Of a DNA stretch of 64,000 nt, positions 9,729-18,407 are shown in pieces (the stretch's first letter is position 1; each line of letters starts with the position of its first letter). A program made the position numbers and the translations under genes. The notes beneath the pieces are model-generated. The model worked only from the letters and a program-made list of their open reading frames with translations, ran no database searches and was not told the DNA's origin. The DNA lies in contig OZ219917.1 of the NCBI GenBank assembly GCA_964291415.2, positions 736,001 to 800,000 on the forward strand, read 5' to 3'. This DNA comes from Alphaproteobacteria bacterium (GTDB lineage Bacteria; Pseudomonadota; Alphaproteobacteria; SP197).

Positions 9729-12651
9729 CCGCAGGGACAGACCGCAGCCGGATGGTCTCCCAGCCGGCGGCCCGGATCGCCGGTCCCTCGCTGAAATGGC
9801 CATGGCGCTGGGTGAGTCGGTCGTTGCCGGCAACCGTTTCCTGCCGCTCGACGATCCCGCAAGCCTGTGGTTTGTCGAGAGCGGCGCCCTCGACGTCTTC
9901 CTGGTCGGAGTCAGTGACGGACTGGACGAAGCGCCCTTTCGCCATGTGCTGAGGCTGGAGGCCGGCGGCCTCGCCTTTGGCGCCACCAGCAACGAGGAGC
10001 TGCGCCTTGCGGCCAAGGGCCTGCCGGACACGGTCCTGCGGCGCATACCAGCAGCCGGTCTCATCGCGGGCGCTGCCGGCGATGCCGATGGTTGGCAGCG
10101 CATCGTGGCGGAGGACGCCGACAACTGGGTCGCCGGCATCATCGCCGCAGTCGCCGCCGGGGTCGAGGTGCGCCCGCGTTCCGACATGCTGCTGTGCGAA
10201 GGGACTGTGACCGGGGCCAGCGGCATCCTGACGAGCAACGAAGGCGTGTTCTGGATCGAGGGCGCGCCGGCGCTGTTCTTCGGCACCGAGGATCCGATGG
10301 AAGGAGAACTCGTGGCGGTCGCGCCGGACGGTTGGGTGGCGCTGCACGGCCGCGCCGACATCACGGTCCTGTCTTCGCGGACGCTCGGGGCCGAAGCGCT
10401 GCTGTCCCGGGCCCTGCCGGGCTTCCACCGCCTGGCGTTCGCCGCTCAGATGTTCAATCGCCGGATGCTGCTGGCTGATCAGGCCGGTCTTCAGGTCGAA
10501 CGTACGATATGGCGCCGGCGCGACGAGAACCAAGCGCGGAGGAACCTGTTCACGCTTCACGCGTCGACCCGCCCCGCCGCCTCCGGCGGCGGGGCTCTGA
10601 TGGCAGCGCTGTGCGCAGTCGGACGCCATGAGGGAATTGCCATCCGGGAGCCTGGCAACCGCTCGGATGAGCCGCCGGTGCTGGCCGACCTGTTGCACGC
10701 ATCGGGAGTTCGGGCACGGCGGATACGCCTGGTGTCCGGGGAACGCTGGTGGCGCGGCGACAGCGGCGCCATTCTGGCCTTCCGGCGCGACAGCGGCGAG
10801 CCTGTTGCTCTCCTGCCCGGCGTCATGGGGCGTTACCGCCTCTTCGACCCGGCAACCGCTGAGTCGTCGCTGGTCGGACGAAGTGACACAGCCACTCTTG
10901 CCCCGGATGGTTATGTCCTCTACCGGCCGCTGCCCGATGACCGGCCCCTTGGCACGTGGACCCTGCTGGCGGGTGCCGCCGGCCGGTTCGGCGCAGATCT
11001 CGCCCGTGTCATTGCTGCCGGCCTGGCGGCTGGTGTCCTGGCCCTGGCGCCGGCGGCTGGCATCGGCGTGCTGCTCGACCGCGTGGTTCCCTCGGGCGAC
11101 GGCGGTGCGCTCCTGCAGCTCACGCTGGTGCTGGTCCTACTCGCGCTCGCGGCGGCGCTGACCCATGTGCTGCGCGGCACGGCGGTCATGCGTATCGAGG
11201 GTCGGCTCGCCGCGCGCGCGACTGCCGCCCTGTGGGACCGTCTGCTGCGGCTGCAAACCAGTTTCTACCGCCAGTACAGTTCCGGCGAGATATCCATGAG
11301 GGCGCTGGCTTTCCAGACGCTGCGCGACCGGCTCTCCGGCGCGACCGGGACCGCGGTGCTGTCCCTCCTGTTTCTCATTCCTTCGATCATCCTCGTGTTC
11401 CTGTGCGACGCCGCACTCGGCTGGGCAACTCTGGGCATCGGCATTGCCGCGCTCGCCGTAACGGTCGCATTCGGGGTAGCGCAGATGGCCGCGCAGCGCC
11501 TCCGGTTTCGCGAGGAGCGCGTGCTCGCCGGCCATCTCCTGCAGCTCATCGACTGCGTTCGCAAGCTGCAGGCCGCTGGAGCGGAAGGGTCGGCCCGGGC
11601 GTCCTGGGCGCGGCGCTACAGGAAACAGAAACAGGCCGAGATTCGCGTCGGCATCCTGAACGAGCACCTCAAGGCGTTCAGTGCCGCGGTGCCCCTGGTG
11701 GCGGCGGCGACGCTTCTTGCCGTTGCCGCCACGCGGGAAGACGGCATGCTCGATGTCGGCGAATTCCTCGTCGCCTATGTCGCCTCGATGATGTTCTACG
11801 CCTCCATCGTCGCGCTTGGCGCGGCGTTCGAGGCCATTGCCTCGTTCGGACCGGTCTGTGAACAGGTCCTGCCCATTCTCGCAGGCACACCCGACTCCCG
11901 GCCGAAGCCAGGCCCGCCACCCGTGCTCGGCGGCGCGCTTCGCTTCGAATCCGTGAGCTTCCGCTATGGTGACGACGGCCCGCTGATTCTCGATCAGGTC
12001 TCCATCGAGGCCCAGCCGGGTGAATTCGTCGCTGTTGTCGGCGAGTCCGGCGCCGGCAAGAGCACGCTCATTCGCCTCGCGCTCGGCCTCGAGATGCCCA
12101 CAAGTGGCGCGGTCTATTACGACGAGCGCGATCTTGCCCATCTCGATCCGGTTGTGGTGCGCCGGCAGGTCGGCGCGGTCCTCCAGGATTCCGGCACGCA
12201 AATCGGCACCGTTCTCAACAACATCATCAGCCTGGACCAGTCCCTGACCGCAGACGACGCCTGGCGCGCCGCACGCAAGGCAACGGTTGACCGCGACATC
12301 GCGGCAATGCCGATGCGGATGCACACCAGCATGGGGGAACGCGCGGTCGTCGTGTCCGGTGGGCAGAGTCAGCGAATCCGCATCGCTCAGGCGCTGGTCC
12401 GCGACCCACGCATCGTCTTGCTCGACGAGGCCACCAACTGGCTGGACCGTCGGAACCAGGCGGCCCTGATGAAGGGAATTCGCGACTCGACCGCCACGAG
12501 GGTGGTGGTCGCCCACCGAATATCGACGATCCGCGAAGCGCACCGAATCTATGTGCTCAAGGCCGGAAGAGTTGTTCAGGTCGGGCGCTTCGATGAACTT
12601 GCCAGCACGGACGGCCCGTTCCGCGAACTGGTGAGCCGGCAGATGTCGTGA
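9718..12651 (+). CDS. NHLM bacteriocin ABC transporter permease/ATPase (second, peptidase-less subunit)
   Basis: N-terminal cNMP-like domain (WFVESGALDVF), 'WWRGDSGAILAF', GESGAGKST, VSGGQSQR and LLDEAT. Overlaps the preceding gene's stop. Confidence 0.93.
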   Translation: MPPDRRDRPQPDGLPAGGPDRRSLAEMAMALGESVVAGNRFLPLDDPASLWFVESGALDVFLVGVSDGLDEAPFRHVLRLEAGGLAFGATSNEELRLAAKGLPDTVLRRIPAAGLIAGAAGDADGWQRIVAEDADNWVAGIIAAVAAGVEVRPRSDMLLCEGTVTGASGILTSNEGVFWIEGAPALFFGTEDPMEGELVAVAPDGWVALHGRADITVLSSRTLGAEALLSRALPGFHRLAFAAQMFNRRMLLADQAGLQVERTIWRRRDENQARRNLFTLHASTRPAASGGGALMAALCAVGRHEGIAIREPGNRSDEPPVLADLLHASGVRARRIRLVSGERWWRGDSGAILAFRRDSGEPVALLPGVMGRYRLFDPATAESSLVGRSDTATLAPDGYVLYRPLPDDRPLGTWTLLAGAAGRFGADLARVIAAGLAAGVLALAPAAGIGVLLDRVVPSGDGGALLQLTLVLVLLALAAALTHVLRGTAVMRIEGRLAARATAALWDRLLRLQTSFYRQYSSGEISMRALAFQTLRDRLSGATGTAVLSLLFLIPSIILVFLCDAALGWATLGIGIAALAVTVAFGVAQMAAQRLRFREERVLAGHLLQLIDCVRKLQAAGAEGSARASWARRYRKQKQAEIRVGILNEHLKAFSAAVPLVAAATLLAVAATREDGMLDVGEFLVAYVASMMFYASIVALGAAFEAIASFGPVCEQVLPILAGTPDSRPKPGPPPVLGGALRFESVSFRYGDDGPLILDQVSIEAQPGEFVAVVGESGAGKSTLIRLALGLEMPTSGAVYYDERDLAHLDPVVVRRQVGAVLQDSGTQIGTVLNNIISLDQSLTADDAWRAARKATVDRDIAAMPMRMHTSMGERAVVVSGGQSQRIRIAQALVRDPRIVLLDEATNWLDRRNQAALMKGIRDSTATRVVVAHRISTIREAHRIYVLKAGRVVQVGRFDELASTDGPFRELVSRQMS

Positions 12652-12667
12652 GGCCCGCGCAGGGCCT

Positions 12668-13711
12668 TCATAGCGAGAGGATGTCGGATCCGATGGACTC
12701 GAAGGGAAGATAACCGGCGGCCGGATAGGCCTTGGCCTCGATCGCGTTCTCACCGTCTCGCGCCTCGAAGGACACCTTGACGTGAGCGAGGGAGGTCAAC
12801 AGGCCAAACGTCTTGCCTCCACAGAACACCAGTTCCCGTCCCGGCCAGGCCATCAGCCCGTCCATCTTCTCCGGAAGGCACAGTCCGCGTTCGCACAACC
12901 GGGCGAGGAAGGCCCCCCACGGACCTGCGCCCGAGTGGGTCAACGTCCCCGTCTTGCCCTGAAACAGCTCCAGCCCGACGCGCGGCAGGATGGCTTGCGC
13001 GGTCACGTCGAACGAGATCCGGAGCGCGTGGAACATCCCTTCGAACCGGGAAAGAAAGTCGGCAACTGCGTCGGCGGGCCCGTTCCAACCCAGGTCCTCC
13101 AGGACCGGCAATACGCGCGCCGGCTCCATCGACCGGCTGATGACCCTGTACGCTCGTGTCGGCCGGCCCGGCATGATCCCGAGATACTCGACCGCCGCGC
13201 CGTCCGCCGACATCCTGTCGAACGTCCGGCCGAGCACCCGGCGCTCCAGCCGCCAGCCGACCACGCCCGCGAGCCATTCCGCCACCGTGTCCATGGCATC
13301 GGTTCCGGTCCGGATCTTCACGAACAGTCCGGGAGGCGTGCCGTGCGGACCACCCGCTGCATCATACTCGACCGCAAGGAGTCCGAACCCGGACGCGCCG
13401 TCCCCGATCGCGGCAGGACCGGTGCCGAACTCGCCTTCCCATTCGCCGTGCCGCATGTAGTGTTCTGCAAGCGCCCCGGTTCGTGGCAGCATGACAAAGA
13501 TGTCCGCGTTGGCTGCCGTCTCGCCAAGCCGAAGCTCGAAACCGAAACCGGCGCCGGGCTCGACGGGCAGTCCCCGAACCGTCTCGTGCAGGCGGTGCCA
13601 GCCGACAGCGTCGATCAGCGCCGGGGATACCGCGCCCGAGAGGGCGTCGAGGATTGCGCCGAACGCGAAAGCGGCGTCTTCCGCCGACAGATCCGCCCGT
13701 GCTTTCCCCAT
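12668..13711 (-). CDS. Conserved hypothetical protein, candidate RiPP maturase B (paralog of 5604-6671)
   Basis: LIDxxGW, FGFELRL, VEYD, PPGLF, VGLEL, GLCLPEK, LAHVK and EAKAY occur in the same order as in the paralog. Confidence 0.6.
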   Translation of the reverse strand: MGKARADLSAEDAAFAFGAILDALSGAVSPALIDAVGWHRLHETVRGLPVEPGAGFGFELRLGETAANADIFVMLPRTGALAEHYMRHGEWEGEFGTGPAAIGDGASGFGLLAVEYDAAGGPHGTPPGLFVKIRTGTDAMDTVAEWLAGVVGWRLERRVLGRTFDRMSADGAAVEYLGIMPGRPTRAYRVISRSMEPARVLPVLEDLGWNGPADAVADFLSRFEGMFHALRISFDVTAQAILPRVGLELFQGKTGTLTHSGAGPWGAFLARLCERGLCLPEKMDGLMAWPGRELVFCGGKTFGLLTSLAHVKVSFEARDGENAIEAKAYPAAGYLPFESIGSDILSL

Positions 13712-13882
13712 GGGCGGCACGGTTCAGGTCGAGGTGGCGGGTGTCAAGCCCGTCCGGCCCCAATGCCCCATCCCTATGGCGAACAGACGTTGTCCGGCTG
13801 ACCGGTCCTCCGGGGCCGCCTTGCTCGCTGTTCGGGCGCACATTGGACGCCAACGGACTCGACGCAACCCGGCCCCTTGCCT

Positions 13883-14863
13883 TCAGGGGATGAGGACCGT
13901 GGATCCGGTTGTGTTCCTCTCCTCCATCAATTCGTGGGCCTTTGCGATGTCGGCGAGGTCGAAGGTCTGGCCGATGGTGACCTTCACCTTTCCGGTTCCC
14001 ACCATGTCGAAGACGCGCCGGGCGCAGGCTTCGAGCTCGAGGCGCGTCGCCGTGTAGTCGTCGAGCGTCGGCCGGGTGACGAAGATCGATCCCCTGGCCG
14101 CGAGCAGCAGCATGCGGAAGGGCTCCGGTTCGCCGGAGGACTGGCCGAAGGACACCAGGGTGCCGCGGGGGGCGAGGCATGCGAGACTGGATTCGAAACT
14201 CGTCCGGCCAATCGAATCGAACACCACCGGAACACCCCTGCCGGCCGTTTCGGCGCTCACCACCTCTTCTAGCGTGTCCTGGCCCCATATGACAGGGACG
14301 TGACAGCCGTTCATGCGCGCGAGGCGCGCCTTGGCGTCGCTGGAGACGGTGCCGATCACACGGGCGCCAAGCGCTCTCGCCCACTGGCAGGCAATGAGAC
14401 CGACACCGCCTGCCGCCGCATGGAAGACGATGGTCTGGCCGCGGCGCACGGGGACGCATCGCTCCAGCAGGTACTCGACCGTCATCGCCTTGGTCATCAT
14501 GGCGGCGGCTATGGTCTCCTCCATGTCCGCGGGCAGCCGCACGACCCGGGAGGCGTCGGCGTTCATGGCCTCGGCACAGTTCCCCGGGCCCGAGAGAACG
14601 GCGACGCGGTCGCCTTCGGCGAGGTGCTGGACGCCGGCGCCGAGCGCCTCCACCACGCCTGCCGACTCCGAGCCGGGCGTGACGGGAAGATCGACGGGAT
14701 AGAGTCCCCTGCGTTCGTAGATGTCGTAGAAGTTGAGAGCGATCGCGGTATTGCGCACCCGCACCTCGCCGGCGCCCGGAGGATCAAGGACCGTGTCGGC
14801 GAGTTCCAGAACCTGAGGGCCGCCACAACGCGCAAGGCGCACCGCCCTTATGGTTGCGCTCAC
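13883..14863 (-). CDS. qor: NADPH:quinone oxidoreductase (zeta-crystallin/MDR family), copy 2
   Basis: AIALNFYDIYERRGLY, HAAAGGVG, VSFGQSSG and TTGSTVL. The GTG start overlaps the upstream TGA. Confidence 0.88.
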   Translation of the reverse strand: MSATIRAVRLARCGGPQVLELADTVLDPPGAGEVRVRNTAIALNFYDIYERRGLYPVDLPVTPGSESAGVVEALGAGVQHLAEGDRVAVLSGPGNCAEAMNADASRVVRLPADMEETIAAAMMTKAMTVEYLLERCVPVRRGQTIVFHAAAGGVGLIACQWARALGARVIGTVSSDAKARLARMNGCHVPVIWGQDTLEEVVSAETAGRGVPVVFDSIGRTSFESSLACLAPRGTLVSFGQSSGEPEPFRMLLLAARGSIFVTRPTLDDYTATRLELEACARRVFDMVGTGKVKVTIGQTFDLADIAKAHELMEERNTTGSTVLIP

Positions 14864-15831
14864 GGGAGGAGAACCGTCGAACCCGTCGTTCGACGGCCTT
14901 CGAGATCGCGATGGGCTCGCTCGACGTCGTCCAGACGATAGGTCTGGTTGACCTCGATACGCACCTTGCCCGAGTCGACCATGGAGAAGAGGCGCTGTGC
15001 CGAAAGGTCGAGTTCCTCGCGGCTGGCAATGTAGTGGGCGAGGCCGGGCCGCGTGTAGTAGAGCGAGCCGCCGGCGGCAAGCCGCGCCGGATTGAAGCTC
15101 TCGACCGCGCCTGACGACTGACCGAAGGAGACCAGGGTGCCGCGAGACGCCAGCACCTCGAGCGACGCATCGAAGGTGTCCCTGCCGATCGAATCGTAGA
15201 CGACCGGAACACCCTTGCCGCCGGTGATGTCCATCACCCTTTCGACGATGTCCTCGCTGGACGTCACGATCGGATGGTGGCATCCGTGGGCGGCGGCGAG
15301 AGCCGCCTTTTCCGCGGTCGACACGGTGCCGATCACCTGGGCGCCCAGCGCCCGGGCCCACTGGCAGGCGATGAGACCGACGCCGCCTGCCGCGGCGTGA
15401 AAGAGAATGGTCTGTCCTTCCTGAACGGCGAATGTCCGCATGAGCAGGTACTCCACGGTCATGCCCTTCAGCATCATGGCGGCGGCGGTCTCGTCCGAGA
15501 CGCCGTCGGGGATCTTGACCAGCCGGTCCGCCGGCATGATGCGCTCGCCGGCGTAGGCCCCGGCAGTCATCGGGTAAGCGACCCTGTCGCCGACGCCGGG
15601 ATCCGTGACGCCGGAACCAACCGCCTCGACGACCCCGGCGGCCTCCATGCCCAGGGTCGCCGGCAGGGCGAGGGGATAGAGGCCCGAACGCTGATAGGTG
15701 TCGATGAAGTTGAGGCCGATCGCGGTCTGGCGGATCAGCACCTCGCCCGCCCCGGGTCGACCGGCATCGACCGTCTCGAGAGTCAGGACGTCGGGGCCAC
15801 CGGTCCTGTGGATACGCACGGCACGTGTCAT
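14860..15831 (-). CDS. qor: NADPH:quinone oxidoreductase, copy 1
   Basis: AIGLNFIDTYQRSGLY, HAAAGGVGLIACQWA and TTGSTVLLP. Confidence 0.92.
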   Translation of the reverse strand: MTRAVRIHRTGGPDVLTLETVDAGRPGAGEVLIRQTAIGLNFIDTYQRSGLYPLALPATLGMEAAGVVEAVGSGVTDPGVGDRVAYPMTAGAYAGERIMPADRLVKIPDGVSDETAAAMMLKGMTVEYLLMRTFAVQEGQTILFHAAAGGVGLIACQWARALGAQVIGTVSTAEKAALAAAHGCHHPIVTSSEDIVERVMDITGGKGVPVVYDSIGRDTFDASLEVLASRGTLVSFGQSSGAVESFNPARLAAGGSLYYTRPGLAHYIASREELDLSAQRLFSMVDSGKVRIEVNQTYRLDDVERAHRDLEGRRTTGSTVLLP

Positions 15832-15876
15832 GGGTGTCTCCTTCAATCCCCGGATGACCTCCGGGAGGTGGTGGCG

Positions 15877-16869
15877 TCAGTGCACGGAATCGCGGACCAG
15901 CGGACAGGTGGAGCAGTGGATGCCGCCACCGTTGAGATAGACCTTGTCGTAGTCGATCTCGATGATCTCGATGTTCATCGAGGCGAGAGTGTCGGCTGTC
16001 CGGTTGGAGATGCCGCGCGGCATGACGACACGGCCGGGCCGGACCGCCAGGCAGTTGATGATGGCGTGGCTGTCCTGCGCCGTGATCTCGACGGTGCGGA
16101 TGCCGAGTTCCTTCAGTTTCTCGAGAAAGGCAAAGGGAAGCATGTCGGGATCGATGATGGCGACGTCGACGTCGATCATCGTCATGGCGCCGTCGATGTG
16201 GATCGAATAGCCGGTGAGGTCGACACGCAGCAGTTCGACACCCTGCCAGGCGAGCACTTCCTCGAGCTGGCGGGCGCCCTCCTCGTTGACGCAGATGGAC
16301 CGGCCGATGACGGCTGTGCGATGATTGAGCCAGGCGAAGCTGCCGCCTTCCACCATGCCGGTGCCGTGGATCGTGCGCAGGACCGGCATGCCAAGGCCGG
16401 CGATCGTCTTCGTGACGTGAGCCTCCTCGCCACGCCGGATCGAGCGCGCCAGGCGGCAGATCACGCTGCCCCCCTTGATGGCAATCGACGAATCGCGCGT
16501 GTAGATGGACTTCAGCCCGTCGGGTTCGATGCTGTCCAGAAAGACCACCTCGACACCCTCGCCCTGCAGCGTGCGGACCAGGCCGTCGTGCTGGGCGCGG
16601 AACTCGTCCCAGTCGGGAACCGTGTCGCTCTGGAAGTACCAGCCCTTTTCGAGGTCTCCGAATGAACCGATCTCCTCGATCCTCCGGTTGCGGTCAACGA
16701 TCTCCATCTCGGTGCCGGGACGGTGCATGAGGCAGACCCGCAGGGCGCCGACGTCGTTGTCGCATCCCCATTGCCTGCCCCACACGGAGGTCTGCCCGGC
16801 CTCGCTCTCGAAGGCAGGCTCCGGGTGCGAGCCGAAGAGCTTGATGGTCTGACCGTAGATGCTCGTCAT
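15877..16869 (-). CDS. Amidinotransferase/DDAH/arginine deiminase family hydrolase
   Basis: YTRDS, RRGEE, VEGGS, HID and terminal GGGIHCSTCPLVRD (catalytic Cys). Confidence 0.9.
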   Translation of the reverse strand: MTSIYGQTIKLFGSHPEPAFESEAGQTSVWGRQWGCDNDVGALRVCLMHRPGTEMEIVDRNRRIEEIGSFGDLEKGWYFQSDTVPDWDEFRAQHDGLVRTLQGEGVEVVFLDSIEPDGLKSIYTRDSSIAIKGGSVICRLARSIRRGEEAHVTKTIAGLGMPVLRTIHGTGMVEGGSFAWLNHRTAVIGRSICVNEEGARQLEEVLAWQGVELLRVDLTGYSIHIDGAMTMIDVDVAIIDPDMLPFAFLEKLKELGIRTVEITAQDSHAIINCLAVRPGRVVMPRGISNRTADTLASMNIEIIEIDYDKVYLNGGGIHCSTCPLVRDSVH

Positions 16870-17064
16870 GGTGCTGGTCCGGCTGTCCTCAGAGTGTGCC
16901 GTCTTTCTCACCCGTCGACAGGCACCGGGTCAAGTGTCGTCAGACCGCAGGTGCGTCGGGAATGAAACCGCATTCCGGCGGCGGCACGACAAATGGAAGT
17001 TGCCGAGGTGTCCCGTTCTCTGGAATGATCCCCCTCGATCAGGTGACAAGGGAGCAGGTCCGAC

Positions 17065-17931
17065 ATGCGGTACGAAGCACCGCGAACACTTTCCGCTGCC
17101 ACCGGAATGCTGGCATCGTGCCAGGGAGTGGCGCGGGTCCTTGCCGGCGGCACCGATCTTCTCGTCGCCCTGCGTTCGGGTCTCGTTGAGCCGGAACTCG
17201 TTGTCGACATCAAGCGAATCCCTGGAATGGCGGACATCGTTGCCGAGGATGGCGGCTGGCGCGTCGGCGCCGCGGTTCCGGGAGCGGTGCTGGGGCACCA
17301 TGACGGCGTGTGTCGCGCCTGGCCCGGCGTCGTCGAGGCGGTGGAGCTGATCGGTTCGACGCAGATTCAGGGCCGCGCCACCATGGCCGGGAATCTCTGC
17401 AATGCGTCGCCGGCGGCCGACAGTGTGCCGGCGATGATGGCAGCCGGCGCACTCGCGCGCATTGCCGGACCGGACGGCAGGGAACGCGATGTTCCGGTCG
17501 GTGACGTGGCGACGGGCCCCGGAGTCACCTCGCTCGCTCCGGGAGAACTGGTGACGTCGATCTTCCTGCCGGCGGCCCCGGCGCGGTCCGGAGACGCCTA
17601 TCTCAGACTCATTCCGCGAACCGAGATGGACATTGCCGTGGTCGGCGCTGCGGTCAGCCTGACGCTGGATGAAGGCGGTTGCTGCACCGCAGCGAGAGTG
17701 GTGCTCGGCGCCGTCGGACCACGGGCCCTGGTGGTGGAGGATGGCGCCGCAGCCATCATGGGAACGACCCTCGATGACGAAGCCCTGGCGGCGCTCGAGA
17801 GGGCGGCCTCGGCAGCGGCCCGGCCGATCGACGACAAGCGCGGCACCGCGCCCTACCGCAGGAAGGTGGCCGGCGTACTCGCCCGCCGGGCGGCGCACAT
17901 TGCGGGGATCCGAGCCGGAGAGAAATCATGA
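17065..17931 (+). CDS. Xanthine dehydrogenase family FAD-binding subunit
   Basis: LAGGTDL, IGSTQI.GRATMAGNLCNASPAAD and PIDDKRG. Confidence 0.92.
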   Translation: MRYEAPRTLSAATGMLASCQGVARVLAGGTDLLVALRSGLVEPELVVDIKRIPGMADIVAEDGGWRVGAAVPGAVLGHHDGVCRAWPGVVEAVELIGSTQIQGRATMAGNLCNASPAADSVPAMMAAGALARIAGPDGRERDVPVGDVATGPGVTSLAPGELVTSIFLPAAPARSGDAYLRLIPRTEMDIAVVGAAVSLTLDEGGCCTAARVVLGAVGPRALVVEDGAAAIMGTTLDDEALAALERAASAAARPIDDKRGTAPYRRKVAGVLARRAAHIAGIRAGEKS

Positions 17932-18404
17932 GTCTTCAACATGTCACGACAACGGTGAACGGCGATGCGGCGGAGTTCCTGTGCGAGGCGACGGAAACCC
18001 TGCTCGATGCCCTGCGCGATCGCCTCGGTCTCACCGGATCGAAGGAAGGGTGCGCATCGGGTGACTGCGGCGCCTGTTCGGTGATGCTCGACGGCCGCCT
18101 CGTGTGTTCCTGCCTGGTGCTGGCGGCAGAGGCGGACGGCGGCGAGGTCGAGACCATCGAAGGCATGGCCGGAACCGGGGAACTCCACCCGCTGCAGACG
18201 AAGTTCCTCGAACTCGGGGCGCTGCAGTGCGGAATCTGCACTCCGGGCTTCCTCGTTGCCGCGAAGGCGTTGCTGGACGAGAATCCCGATCCCGACGAGA
18301 CCGAGGTGCGCTACTGGCTCGCCGGCAACCTGTGCCGCTGCACGGGCTACGACAAGATCATTCGCGCGGTCCTGGAGACCGCCGCCGACCTGAGGGAAGA
18401 GTGA
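17928..18404 (+). CDS. Xanthine dehydrogenase family 2x[2Fe-2S] subunit
   Basis: GCASGDCGAC..C, QCGICTPG and GNLCRCTGY. Confidence 0.95.
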   Translation: MSLQHVTTTVNGDAAEFLCEATETLLDALRDRLGLTGSKEGCASGDCGACSVMLDGRLVCSCLVLAAEADGGEVETIEGMAGTGELHPLQTKFLELGALQCGICTPGFLVAAKALLDENPDPDETEVRYWLAGNLCRCTGYDKIIRAVLETAADLREE

Positions 18405-18407
18405 GCC

